A stretch of 64,000 nt of DNA from a virus: the IMG/VR virus record IMGVR_UViG_3300046005_001038, positions 15,833-79,832 of that record; one strand, 5' to 3'. This document shows, piece after piece, positions 45,572 to 55,424 of this stretch. The notes under the pieces are model-generated. The model saw only the letters and a program-made list of their open reading frames with translations, did not search any database and was not told where the DNA came from. Position 1 is the first letter of the stretch, and each line of letters starts with the position of its first letter. The position numbers were made by a program, and so were the translations under genes.

Positions 45572-46290
45572 TTAGCCGCAGGTTTTTAGGGTTACTTGTA
45601 AATTTACCGCTGTCACTGTGGTTGTAGCTGCTGCTGAAAATCTGTGCCAAAGAGTCAGATACTCATCTATTGTTGTGTCTAAGCTCGCTATAATCCCGCT
45701 AGGTGAAAGTGAGGAGTTTGATTGTGATCCTACATATCCAACAGGAATTGTTATAAATTGTATCTGAGTTGTGGAAATCAATTTAAACGCCGTTTTGTAA
45801 TGAACTAGACCGCTTCCAGCGGGAGTTCCTGTCGGCGATTGACTTATAGTTGGGTCAGATGATGTCCCACTTACGCCGCCAAGGAAACCCATTACTCCAG
45901 CATCACCTGCTGCCACGGCTTTTCCTAGTAACGAATCTAATGTAATGACATCCCAATCTTAGCTAATCCGCCATGCAGCTTCACGGATTCAAGAGCCGTT
46001 GTTGATGTAGATGTAGATATTCCGCCCGTCATTACTCGTGCTAAATCAACACTTCCACCAACAGCCCTATATCGAGTTCCATCTGAGTACCACTCAGAAC
46101 CACCTATACCTACGTCTGTGATAATAATTCTATCCACAAAAGGACTTAACGATTTAATATTAGGTCTGTTAGCCCAAGTAGTTACATAAGTATAGATAGG
46201 ATTTGTATATTCCGACCTTGTGTCCCAATGTATTTTATATCTGCGCCCATTTTCAAAACTCCTAGTTATAGTAAATTGCGAGTATAGCAT
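45572..46290 (-). pseudogene. Virion-type protein split by a single frameshift
   Basis: TTWANRP…ITDVG.GGS.WYSDG.RY motif. Adding one G to the GGG run near 45952-45954 joins the two ORFs (AKIG-DVITLDSLLGKAVAAG). Confidence 0.55.
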
Positions 46291-46386
46291 AATTTTACAA
46301 AATTGTAAATGATTTAGTTTATTTTAGGCAATAAAAAACCCTTAATTGAAATAAATCAATTAAGGGTTAAAAGGAACAAACAATTG

Positions 46387-46590
46387 TTAATCCAACATTT
46401 CCAAACACACCAAACATTTTAAATCAAACGAATCACGTTTAATATCACCGAAATCAGCCCACACAACATCTGCGTTTAACACACCACAATCACACTCAGA
46501 TAATTCTTCAATCGTCATAGGCATTGATTGGTCTAAATCAGACGTTAAAAATACGACATCACCTACTTCTGGTACAAATTCTACTTTCAT
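46387..46590 (-). CDS. YodC/DUF2158-like small protein
   Basis: VGDVV.L.S…MTI…VW…DSF…L. GAGGAG RBS. Confidence 0.6.
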   Translation of the reverse strand: MKVEFVPEVGDVVFLTSDLDQSMPMTIEELSECDCGVLNADVVWADFGDIKRDSFDLKCLVCLEMLD

Positions 46591-46615
46591 TTTAATCTCC
46601 TCGTTAATAAAGCAG

Positions 46616-46816
46616 TTAGTCTACATGATTTGATATGTTCTTGTCAAGTAATTCTTCATCACAACACCATGAAGTTTGTTTATAGTCTTCTGGGTTTGGT
46701 TTTTCTTTCTTACCGAAGATTCTATCGTAACCTTCTGCGTATTTGGATTGGTTTGTAGGTCTTGAAATACTTCCTTTACCGCCGTCCCATTTAGAGTGAT
46801 TTCTTTCTAGTTTCAT
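46616..46816 (-). CDS. Conserved small phage protein
   Basis: GGKGS..RP…KY.EGYDRIFGKK motif. Confidence 0.6.
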   Translation of the reverse strand: MKLERNHSKWDGGKGSISRPTNQSKYAEGYDRIFGKKEKPNPEDYKQTSWCCDEELLDKNISNHVD

Positions 46817-46840
46817 TTTTTTTATTACCTTAGTTAATTG

Positions 46841-46878
46841 AAAAACCTATCTTATCACAATGGATGAGATAGGTTCAA
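46841..46878 (-). promoter_or_regulatory. Hairpin terminator/promoter module, copy C
   Basis: TTGAACCTATCTCATCCATTGTGATAAGATAGGTTTTT. Confidence 0.6.
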
Positions 46879-46986
46879 GTGGTTGATATTGTTCCGTTAC
46901 CTGAATATAGGTAACGGTTTCATTAGTTCCGCGCTCTGTCTGTTTTTAACTCCATGTATTACACGGAGTTAAAGTTTATTTAAAGT

Positions 46987-48087
46987 TTAACCGTGATTCG
47001 CAAATTCACCGTGTAGTTCGGTAGATGCTTTGCAGTAGGCGGCGTGTGCTAGTTCAGCGGTGTCGTGATGTCCTAAATTTATAAGTTTTCCTTCATGTCT
47101 AATTCTAGCTTCCCATCTACCGCTTTTTCTAAGTCTAACTCCTTTGAAGCCAGTAGTGTTATTGATTGCTAAAACTGTATTTCTACAATTTTCCATACGC
47201 GAACATAGGCGTAAGGTCTCAATACGATTATCTAACCTATCTCCGTTGATGTGGTCAATTACCTTATCATCAGTAGGTTCTACTCCTGTACATATCCAAT
47301 ATATTAGTCTGTGTACCCGATAACTAAAACCATGTAGGTTTATAACTCTATACGTTTCACGAATACTACCCGCTATTTTTCCAGAAAACATAGTGATCCA
47401 AGCATTATATGATTTTTTATTTTTAAAATGGGTTTCAGGTCTATTTATATTCCATATTAACTCGCCGTTATCATACACTAAGCATTCCTTTAAATATGAT
47501 AAATCTATATTTCTACAATTAGTCTTATTATGCTTAACAGTTGCATCGTCTAAATGTGACCAATCTTTTTCTTCAGCTTCTTTGCGAGCTTTTATTGCAG
47601 ATTCTTTATCTTTGAAAAATCCTAAATGGATTATATTCCCTTTAATAGTTATTAAAGCTCTCCACATACTACCCTTCTTATCAAATGAAACGCCTTTTGT
47701 TCCAGATGTATTATTCTTAGATTCACTGGTGTTATGACAATTTATATCCTGCGTCACATCTCTGAGATTTTCAATTCGACTATCTAACTTGTCTTGATTT
47801 ATATGGTCTATTACACCAACGGGGTCTTTACCAGTATGATATTTCCATATTACTCTATGAGAAGCAATAGCAGAATAACCTCCAACGGAGGTGGTTTTAT
47901 AGCTCATTTTACTTGTACAAGTCGATGCTAATTTCCCTGCAAGTCTAGCATTAAATGAATTAAACCCTCTGTCTGAATTAAAATGTTCTCTCGGTCTTTC
48001 TTTCCAAAACAAATCCCCAGTTTTTTCATCATAATTAAAACATTCATGTAGATATTCTTGACTAGGGAGCTTTCTTGTCTTTGACAT
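46987..48087 (-). CDS. Tandem double HNH-AP2 homing endonuclease
   Basis: Two complete units, each HR.I., IDHIN, NTSG/NTTG.KGV and LG. Confidence 0.88.
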   Translation of the reverse strand: MSKTRKLPSQEYLHECFNYDEKTGDLFWKERPREHFNSDRGFNSFNARLAGKLASTCTSKMSYKTTSVGGYSAIASHRVIWKYHTGKDPVGVIDHINQDKLDSRIENLRDVTQDINCHNTSESKNNTSGTKGVSFDKKGSMWRALITIKGNIIHLGFFKDKESAIKARKEAEEKDWSHLDDATVKHNKTNCRNIDLSYLKECLVYDNGELIWNINRPETHFKNKKSYNAWITMFSGKIAGSIRETYRVINLHGFSYRVHRLIYWICTGVEPTDDKVIDHINGDRLDNRIETLRLCSRMENCRNTVLAINNTTGFKGVRLRKSGRWEARIRHEGKLINLGHHDTAELAHAAYCKASTELHGEFANHG

Positions 48088-48221
48088 AATTTTGATTCCT
48101 TACAGTTATTGGATATTGTGAACAGTGTCTAATGATTGTGGAAGGCTTACTGAAGGCTTTTCGAGTTCGATGCTCTATCCACAAATAGCATTATTTCATA
48201 TTTATTGATAAATGTCAAGAA

Positions 48222-49841
48222 TTAAGTAAGTCCAGAAGTTTTACCAGTTTTACCACCAGTGTTCATTGATAGTAATTTGTATCTTAATTGATCATTCACA
48301 TGATCATTAGAACCATCAACATCATCAGGGTTCTTAGAATCCCTAATTGTGTAGGGAATAATATCAATAAAGTATTTACAGGTATTAAACACAAATAGCG
48401 CGGGTTTATCACGGTATGGTTTTTCAGGAGAAGTTTTCGCATTAGCAAAACGCTCTCTAATCTTCTTAACACCATCAATTCTACTACCTGGTTTCTTTAA
48501 AGCGTCATATCTGCGCCATTTAACACCTGGATAAACTTTACTTCCTATTGTTATTGGTTTATCCATCATTCCAGCTACGCTATTTCCCATGTTATTTGAA
48601 AATATAGCGGTATCGGCTACACCTGGAACAACTCTATCATAAATGCCGAGCGATAATTCGTGTTCGACTATCATTTTAGCTAAATCGTGAGGTAATACCC
48701 GTGTCCCTTTATTCAAATAACCATCTAAACAAGTGTATATTTCAGTAAAATAAAATAAATCACCTTTGATTGTTGACTTTGTTTTGCCGTTTCTAAGGAC
48801 TATATCTTCACCGTTACTTTCAGCATAATAACCAATACTGCTAGGTGAGCTTTCCCCGAAATCCATACATCTGTCTATTTTCCAGTCTTTCGGAATATCG
48901 AAAGGTTCTACAATATGAATGTTTTTATCCCACACATCCGCATACATCCCATCATCTTCACCAACTCCATCCCAAATGCCCATCAACCATTTTTTTCTGA
49001 GCTTTTCATCCCTAATAGACTCTAAATCAGCTACATATTCAGGTGATAACTTTGTGTTTTCTTTATATGAACCAAAAATATGACATTGTGTTTTTACTAA
49101 AATTTCATTTTCTTGAGTTCTAGGGTTAAAAATTTTAACTTCTCTTTTTACAATCTCTCCGTTTTTACCTGCATCTACGAATCTTCGCTTCACTTCTAAG
49201 CTACTTCTGCCCGTCGGATTTGAGGTTAAAAATATACATAGCGGAATCTCAGGTAATAATGACCCATCGGGAAGTGGGTGTTCGCTAGGTACAAATGATG
49301 AACGATTTAACGATGAAAGAAGGTCTAATACCGAAAGGTCAGGGTACTGACTTACTTCATTAACCCCAATGTAAACAAATTCTTGCCCGTGAAGTTTTTG
49401 ATAATCATTCTCATCTGCAATACTTCGGAAAAGTAATTCCTCTCCGTCCTTCCACACCCATCTATATTCACCTTTCGACGAGTAGAACTTCGCACCATCA
49501 TTAAATTCTGGAAAATATCTCTTAGACTTGCTTACCAAATCATCTAACGCGCCATAAGTACGGTCTACGATGATACCTCTAAGGTATTTACCATAACCTA
49601 AACCTACCGATTTCCTAAACCGCATGATTTGGCAATCAGACTTCCCGTTTCCCCTAGAGCCGCTATAAAGGATGGTTTGAGCAGGTGAACTAAGGGCTAG
49701 AGTTTGTGAACCTTTTGATGGTTGCCATATCACGTTTGCATTATTTGGAATCAATAGCTCATCTTCGTGTAATTTATAACCTTTCGGAATTTCACCACCA
49801 GTATCAGATAACCTGAGAGCTTTACTACCACTACTCATCAT
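48222..49841 (-). CDS. terL: Terminase large subunit
   Basis: Walker A GSRGNGKS, GQEF.YIGVNE, TSNP, nuclease DFG…P and DH..D.LRY. Confidence 0.93.
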   Translation of the reverse strand: MMSSGSKALRLSDTGGEIPKGYKLHEDELLIPNNANVIWQPSKGSQTLALSSPAQTILYSGSRGNGKSDCQIMRFRKSVGLGYGKYLRGIIVDRTYGALDDLVSKSKRYFPEFNDGAKFYSSKGEYRWVWKDGEELLFRSIADENDYQKLHGQEFVYIGVNEVSQYPDLSVLDLLSSLNRSSFVPSEHPLPDGSLLPEIPLCIFLTSNPTGRSSLEVKRRFVDAGKNGEIVKREVKIFNPRTQENEILVKTQCHIFGSYKENTKLSPEYVADLESIRDEKLRKKWLMGIWDGVGEDDGMYADVWDKNIHIVEPFDIPKDWKIDRCMDFGESSPSSIGYYAESNGEDIVLRNGKTKSTIKGDLFYFTEIYTCLDGYLNKGTRVLPHDLAKMIVEHELSLGIYDRVVPGVADTAIFSNNMGNSVAGMMDKPITIGSKVYPGVKWRRYDALKKPGSRIDGVKKIRERFANAKTSPEKPYRDKPALFVFNTCKYFIDIIPYTIRDSKNPDDVDGSNDHVNDQLRYKLLSMNTGGKTGKTSGLT

Positions 49842-49995
49842 CCCAACACCCAATCATCGTTCCGTCATTAAACTCTAATTCATGACGTAATCTAAACAAT
49901 CCTTCATCGTGAATATGCACATTAGCTAAAATATCTTCAATATCTACACTACCTCTAATATCAATTAGGTAGTCATCATCGTAATCTTCATCCAT
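49831..49995 (-). CDS. Small acidic protein (54 aa)
   Basis: AGGA RBS. Overlaps the terL start. Confidence 0.45.
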   Translation of the reverse strand: MDEDYDDDYLIDIRGSVDIEDILANVHIHDEGLFRLRHELEFNDGTMIGCWDDE

Positions 49996-49998
49996 TGT

Positions 49999-50295
49999 TT
50001 AATGTTTCCTTAACGTATCAACACATTCTATTGCGTAGCTTTCTTTCGATAATAAGTGAATCGAAATACCGAGGTCAAAAATCATAAATAAGTCGATAAG
50101 TTTATCTACCGATAATTTGGTAAAATCTCCCAGAATAATCGCATTCATCACACCTGATTCACGCATATTTTCAATCGCTTGTTTCTGTGTAAACGATAAT
50201 TTACTGTGTGTAATCAATCTATCAATATGTAACGTAAGCTGATTTGCTAGTGCGACCACAATATGTTTCTTAAATGTCGCTTCATCAGTAATCAT
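49999..50295 (-). CDS. Hypothetical protein, possibly HTH-like
   Basis: GGAGGA RBS. TQKQA…G.F.K.SVDKL resembles XRE-type HTH. Confidence 0.5.
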   Translation of the reverse strand: MITDEATFKKHIVVALANQLTLHIDRLITHSKLSFTQKQAIENMRESGVMNAIILGDFTKLSVDKLIDLFMIFDLGISIHLLSKESYAIECVDTLRKH

Positions 50296-50536
50296 GTAAT
50301 CCTCCGATATTGTGTGTGAAGTGTAAATCAATTAAGAAATCATCATTGTGTTTGAAGAAGCAGATTGTATTAGAATTAGCTTTATCACACACATCAGAAT
50401 TAGCAATCTTATGAAACATCGAAGGTGTGACTAGCATCGTATCACTCGATATTTCCCCCACATACAAATGTGTATCTAAGAATGTAATACCTGTATTGGG
50501 TTTGTACTGATAATAACCTGTTGTTAATTTAGTCAT
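50285..50536 (-). CDS. Hypothetical protein
   Basis: Coupled ORF after terS. Confidence 0.5.
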   Translation of the reverse strand: MTKLTTGYYQYKPNTGITFLDTHLYVGEISSDTMLVTPSMFHKIANSDVCDKANSNTICFFKHNDDFLIDLHFTHNIGGLHDY

Positions 50537-51027
50537 AGTGATGCTTCCAGTTGTTTATAAAGTTCTGCTTGTTGTGACATTGCCTGTTGACTCCAGTCGT
50601 CAACAGATAGGGGTGCGGGGACTATCATAACGGAGTGTTGGACTTGTGAGGTGTCCACTTGTTGTTTAGCATCAAATCCCATCAGCTTAGAGATTCTATC
50701 CATAGCAGTAATTCGTGCAGTAGGATTGGTGTTTTCACCATCTGCTTTCATAATCTGAATGAGATTACGCAACATTTCGGATTTTAGGGCTGCTTCATCT
50801 GATAGTAATGAATCAGAATGTGCGTTGTATTTCTTTAATTCCGTTTGAAAGTATTCGGTTTCCATCCATGTATTAGCCACACTCTTTGCGTACATTTTAG
50901 AAATGTTGCAACGCAATGCAGCAAGTTCTGGATTCAAGTCGTAGACGTATTCTTTTAGAAACTTGTCTATCGCATCCTTTTCCACCTGTGATAATTCCCT
51001 TTGTTTAGATTCTTTTTCGTTAGTCAT
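50533..51027 (-). CDS. terS: Terminase small subunit
   Basis: F..EY..D.N…AA.R HTH start, ARI.A…I.KL.G, VM.VP….DDW…A..QQ. Upstream of terL. Confidence 0.82.
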   Translation of the reverse strand: MTNEKESKQRELSQVEKDAIDKFLKEYVYDLNPELAALRCNISKMYAKSVANTWMETEYFQTELKKYNAHSDSLLSDEAALKSEMLRNLIQIMKADGENTNPTARITAMDRISKLMGFDAKQQVDTSQVQHSVMIVPAPLSVDDWSQQAMSQQAELYKQLEASL

Positions 51028-51032
51028 AATAA

Positions 51033-51087
51033 AACCGTATAATGTAATAGTTACATAAAGCTATCACATTATACGGTTGTTTGTCAA
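51033..51087 (-). promoter_or_regulatory. terS promoter embedded in a long inverted repeat
   Basis: TTGACA-18-TAGCTT with TG extension. Inverted repeat AACCGTATAATGT / ACATTATACGGTT. Confidence 0.55.
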
Positions 51088-51100
51088 GTTATTTCGTATT

Positions 51101-51307
51101 TCAGTACCCTTCTCGTTCACAATGAGATAGGAGTTTGATGATGTCAGGTAGAAGATACTCGGAATTAAGTTCTTTCTTAGCGATACGACACAGTGCTTGC
51201 ATCGTTTTATTCTGATAATTAACTTCTTTTAAATACTTCAGACACAATAAAGAAACCTCGTAAGGGTCGTCGTCTTGAGTTAGTTCGATGAATTGGTTAT
51301 ATTTCAT
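51101..51307 (-). CDS. Hypothetical protein
   Basis: ATGA-coupled ORF. Confidence 0.5.
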   Translation of the reverse strand: MKYNQFIELTQDDDPYEVSLLCLKYLKEVNYQNKTMQALCRIAKKELNSEYLLPDIIKLLSHCEREGY

Positions 51308-51657
51308 AATTTAATAAATCCTATTACTTTACGGTCATCGTAGGTATCGCCATGTACGGGGTGGTATAGATTATCACACCAGTCATCGCTACCACAGTAG
51401 AGCCATCCGTAGCCGATAGGATAATCAGATTCTTCGTCGTCTGATAGGTCGCAAATATAAGGTTTCATAATGTGTAGAATCATTTCATCTGGAAAACGGT
51501 GGTCAGTCATAAAGCAGAGGAATGGTACGTTTGAGTATTTAATGTAGGTTTCTTCATCATGAGTTAGGGTACACAATGGTTCGCAGACTTCGTGGAACTT
51601 ATGTGGTGATATAACGGGAAGGTTGAAGGTGCTTAGAACGGCTGTTACGGTATTCAT
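51304..51657 (-). CDS. Hypothetical protein
   Basis: GGAG RBS. First ORF after the G-rich non-coding segment. Confidence 0.55.
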   Translation of the reverse strand: MNTVTAVLSTFNLPVISPHKFHEVCEPLCTLTHDEETYIKYSNVPFLCFMTDHRFPDEMILHIMKPYICDLSDDEESDYPIGYGWLYCGSDDWCDNLYHPVHGDTYDDRKVIGFIKL

Positions 51658-51910
51658 TTGATTATTCTCCGAGTTGAATTGAACTGAGTGGGAAGTTTAA
51701 TGGATGGGGTAGAGGTTTGTCAAGATTATATAAAATATAATCGTAAGTTGTTGATTTGTATAGGGAATATTTGGTTTATGTGGGGTTGAGGTAGGGATTG
51801 GATTGGTTAATTTGGTGATTCTAGGGTTGGGGGAATGATGGTGGCGCGTCACGCCTAAATTTCTACCCATTGGTGGGGTAGAGTCAATCACCCCGCTAAA
51901 ATTTTACCCA

Positions 51911-51939
51911 AAAAAAAAGGCTTGCATGATGCAAGCCTT
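51911..51939 (-). terminator. Intrinsic terminator ending the leftward early operon
   Basis: AAGGCTTGCA-tca-TGCAAGCC-T8 on the - strand. Confidence 0.8.
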
Positions 51940-51962
51940 CTCGAGTCTACCAGTTTAACCCG

Positions 51963-52136
51963 TTATTTTACCAACTCGGTTAACACGTTTCGCGCTATTG
52001 TGTAATTTAAACTCGAAATAATAATCCTCCCCCTTTGTGTGACGATGTAACTATCATCAATCGATTTGTAGAATGTTACGCCTTTTGTGAAATAATGAAC
52101 CGCGCCGCCTTCAATTTGTTTTCTATTCAATCGCAT
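51963..52136 (-). CDS. Hypothetical protein (57 aa)
   Basis: GGTGA RBS. Ends just before the terminator. Confidence 0.5.
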   Translation of the reverse strand: MRLNRKQIEGGAVHYFTKGVTFYKSIDDSYIVTQRGRIIISSLNYTIARNVLTELVK

Positions 52137-52148
52137 AATATCACCGTC

Positions 52149-52424
52149 TTAACTGTAAAATTTGTTTAAAATCGTTAAATGTTTTCTTGCCTTGTTGTAA
52201 TCGCTGTAAGTATATAAAACAGGCGAAAGGAATCCTTTTTGCAACTTGTCAAAATGTAACACTTTTAAGCAATAAAGCTCGCTGGCTTTATAAAATTCTA
52301 GGGTTACTTTATAGTTCACTATCCTATTTTTGCCTTCAATCAATGTTTGATTGTAGTTGTATTTAAAAACACAACCGTATTCCAACGCTACTTTGTCGCG
52401 CCCTACCATTCTTATTTTATACAT
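52149..52424 (-). CDS. Hypothetical protein
   Basis: AAGGAGG RBS before MYKIRM. Confidence 0.6.
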   Translation of the reverse strand: MYKIRMVGRDKVALEYGCVFKYNYNQTLIEGKNRIVNYKVTLEFYKASELYCLKVLHFDKLQKGFLSPVLYTYSDYNKARKHLTILNKFYS

Positions 52425-52435
52425 AATAACCTCCT

Positions 52436-53071
52436 TTATTTTTTCAATTCGTTCATGTATTGTACGCTGTTTTCGGTATAGCACGTCAAACAATCAATAC
52501 ACTTTAACGCGCCACAGTTTATATTTGTGGCGTTTTCTTTCGCATAGTCGCGACTATAAACAGTAAAGACTTTGTCAAAATGGCGCGGCAAATCAACTTT
52601 TTTATTAAGATTGACGCTTGAGTAAATCAGCTTTAAATTGTTTGGGCGTGTAACGATATTACAATCAAACGCTTTATTGATAATATCCAATCGTTTTGTC
52701 CACAATGTGAAGTTTGTGTGCGGGTTCAATTCGCATATTCTAATTAAGTTAATAAAATGTTGAACATTAACCAATTCGCCAAAACTATTAAACCTAACAA
52801 AACGCGCATTAAATCTAGGCAATTGAAAATCTAACAAAGATTGCGAAAGTAAATCGGCGTTAAATTGTAATTTTGCTGATAATGTTGGGCGCATTGATTC
52901 ATAACGCCACGCATAACAACTTGAACAACTCAAATCGTTTTGTTGTTTCATACTTTTACAAAATTCGTTATGAATCGTTGATACATTAACGCTGTCAATT
53001 TCTTTTAATTTACCATCTTTAGCGGCTTTTGTGACGTGAACTGTTGAAAATAAACTGTTATTTGTTGTCAT
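52436..53071 (-). CDS. Cys-rich GP88-like / radical-SAM-like protein
   Basis: C-x9-CxxCYA, VRFNSFGE, F.LWTKR, P.NL..IYS, C-terminal C-x4-CxxCxxC. Confidence 0.65.
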   Translation of the reverse strand: MTTNNSLFSTVHVTKAAKDGKLKEIDSVNVSTIHNEFCKSMKQQNDLSCSSCYAWRYESMRPTLSAKLQFNADLLSQSLLDFQLPRFNARFVRFNSFGELVNVQHFINLIRICELNPHTNFTLWTKRLDIINKAFDCNIVTRPNNLKLIYSSVNLNKKVDLPRHFDKVFTVYSRDYAKENATNINCGALKCIDCLTCYTENSVQYMNELKK

Positions 53072-53152
53072 GATAATTTACCTTATTTTTAAAATTAAAA
53101 GCGCGTTTTTGTTTATTCTGCTACGCGCATAATTAGCAGATATTAAAACCGA

Positions 53153-53620
53153 TTAACGTGTAACGTGTGAATCACTAAATCCGTGAATTCTATTGTATAT
53201 CGCTTGATATGGTTCGCGCGGTTTCTTTGGTGTGTTGCTTTCATCAAGCCCCCACGTCGCCAAATCATAATCCGACTCGGTAAAACTTAAACTATCGCGC
53301 AATTGCTGCAATTCTTGAATTATTGCCTGTTTGTCGTAGTTTTTTAATTCGCTGCACTGGTAAAGATAACAGTCTATAAGTTTTGTACGTTGAGCAGGTG
53401 CGATTGCATCAAAATCAAACGGGTTTATCATCCAGTCGTAAAACTTAACATTGTTATATCTTATTTTTTCATTGTAACGTGCGTTAACACTTTGAGTGTT
53501 AATCTTTAACAATTCGCGTGCAATGTTGAAATGTTCAAAGTAATGAATTTTACCTTGTTTTTTAGTCACAAATGACGCAATTGCTAGAATTTCATGTTTA
53601 GTCATAATATAAGCTGACAT
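53153..53620 (-). CDS. Conserved phage early protein
   Basis: MSAY…I, N..SVNARY, K..DCY.YQCSE motif. Confidence 0.65.
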   Translation of the reverse strand: MSAYIMTKHEILAIASFVTKKQGKIHYFEHFNIARELLKINTQSVNARYNEKIRYNNVKFYDWMINPFDFDAIAPAQRTKLIDCYLYQCSELKNYDKQAIIQELQQLRDSLSFTESDYDLATWGLDESNTPKKPREPYQAIYNRIHGFSDSHVTR

Positions 53621-55058
53621 TTTCTTATCCTCTTTTTAAATTGAATCGTTGAACGCACTATAATCGAGTGCGTTGTTTGTTTTTACAATGTTAGCTGCGA
53701 TTCTGTAGAATCCGCTAACAATACCAATAACACAGCAAACTGCTAATAATCCAGCAATCATAATATCACCATAACATCGACAACAACCACACTAATAATG
53801 GCAATCAAGCCGAATCCAATTACTTCAAAAACTTTTACCATAATTTTATCTAACATTTTTCTTACCCCTTTTAAAATTAATTCTGTGAATTTAACATAAA
53901 TAATTGCATCAGCCTTAATCGTGTAAAACACGCTACAGGGCTAAAATTCTGTTGTTGTTTAAAATACAAAACTTGTAACCGTCTAACGTGACGTTGGAAC
54001 TGTGATTTCGTTTTCATTTTTACCGCCTTTTATAGTTGAATTGTTAAAGTATAAAAGCCTATATAATAAGCCTTTATAGTTTAACGCCTTTCGTGTGCTA
54101 CCTATTCAAAACAACTCGCGTGCCTAGTATCACAGGTAACAAACTCAAAAGGCTTGTTGGAAAATTTAAGTTTTTAAAGAGCATGATTCATTTTAGCGAA
54201 TTTTAGGCAATTGTAAAATTATTTTTAAACACGTTTTAACTAACAAAAAAACTATTTAAGCCAAAACCTAATAAAATCAATACCTTATCATGCGACAAAA
54301 TACCACGTTGTTTAATTTAATGGATAAATTAGACTATTTCAAACCGCAAATCGTGCCATTTTCACATTCTAAGCACAATTAAATGCAACAAAGGCTCTTA
54401 AACAATCTAATTTTTCTACCAGTTCAAGGCGTGATTCTCAACATTAAAATTTACTCTATATATAACGAAAAAAAATTATCGTCAGATGCTAAAATTTTCG
54501 ATTTAAGACGTGTTTGAATGTCAAGGTACACAAACATACCAGTAAGACTAAAAACGTCACCACAGGTCAATTTGATGCCTTCTCAATGATGTTATACTCT
54601 AACCCGCAAATCATCTAACATCTGGTATTCTGCTATCTGTAATGATAGAAAAACTATCATTTGTAAAAGCAACAATGATTGTATGCGAAAGTTTTAGATA
54701 ATAGCGAATCGACATTATCGAGTTTGAAAGCAAAGCTATCATTTTTGAAAGTAACTGATAAAGTCGTGACCCACGTCACACACAAATTAGCCACAATTCA
54801 GCAATGGCGCGGTATGCAAGCGATAACCTACTCGATTCAATCCGCAATAACTGAAATATGATAATAAAATCAACAAGTTAGAAAACACTCGATTTAAGGT
54901 GTCTAGCATTCGATTTAAGCGATGTTTAAACTCAGTAACCCAATCGTATAGGTCACATGGAGAATGAAGCGTGAAGGTCAAATTTATAACCTTCGTTAGC
55001 CCCCGAAATAAATTTGGATGCAAAACTCAGGCAAAAATGAAATAGGAAACCTAGGAAT

Positions 55059-55424
55059 TTAGTATTCTGGGAATATATCATCTACTGGAGCTTCTAATTT
55101 TGAAAGTTTGGCGTAAATCTTCTTAATGTGGTCAAAAGCGGTTTTATTAAAATCGCTAATTTGTTTCATATCGAAATCGTATTCTGATTTAGTGACAAAT
55201 TCTGAAGGTATACCTGAAGGTATACTCGTGGTTACCTCGGTATGGTTACTAGGTAACCCTGTGGTTACCTCTGAAGGTATACCTGAGGTTACTAGGTAAC
55301 CATCTAAAAGTAAATTTAGGAAATCTGAGTTGGTTACTTGGTGACCACAGGTAACCTCGTATTGTTTCTTAGCCAATGTGAATTTAGAAGGTGTTGTTGA
55401 ATCGGTGAATTTGATGGTAGCCAT
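55059..55424 (-). CDS. Small putative DNA-binding protein with internal nucleotide repeats
   Basis: N-terminal RHH-like segment, repeated GGTTAC/GGTAACC/GGTATACC words, C-terminal coiled coil. Own promoter and leader. Confidence 0.55.
   Translation of the reverse strand: MATIKFTDSTTPSKFTLAKKQYEVTCGHQVTNSDFLNLLLDGYLVTSGIPSEVTTGLPSNHTEVTTSIPSGIPSEFVTKSEYDFDMKQISDFNKTAFDHIKKIYAKLSKLEAPVDDIFPEY

Noticed and set aside
48136-48184. Hammerhead ribozyme
   Set aside because: Has a GAAA junction but no CUGANGA core.
51697-51891. 64-aa ORF in the G-rich segment (also 54679-54861 and 54787-55023)
   Set aside because: No RBS, and composition follows nucleotide skew. Likely non-coding.
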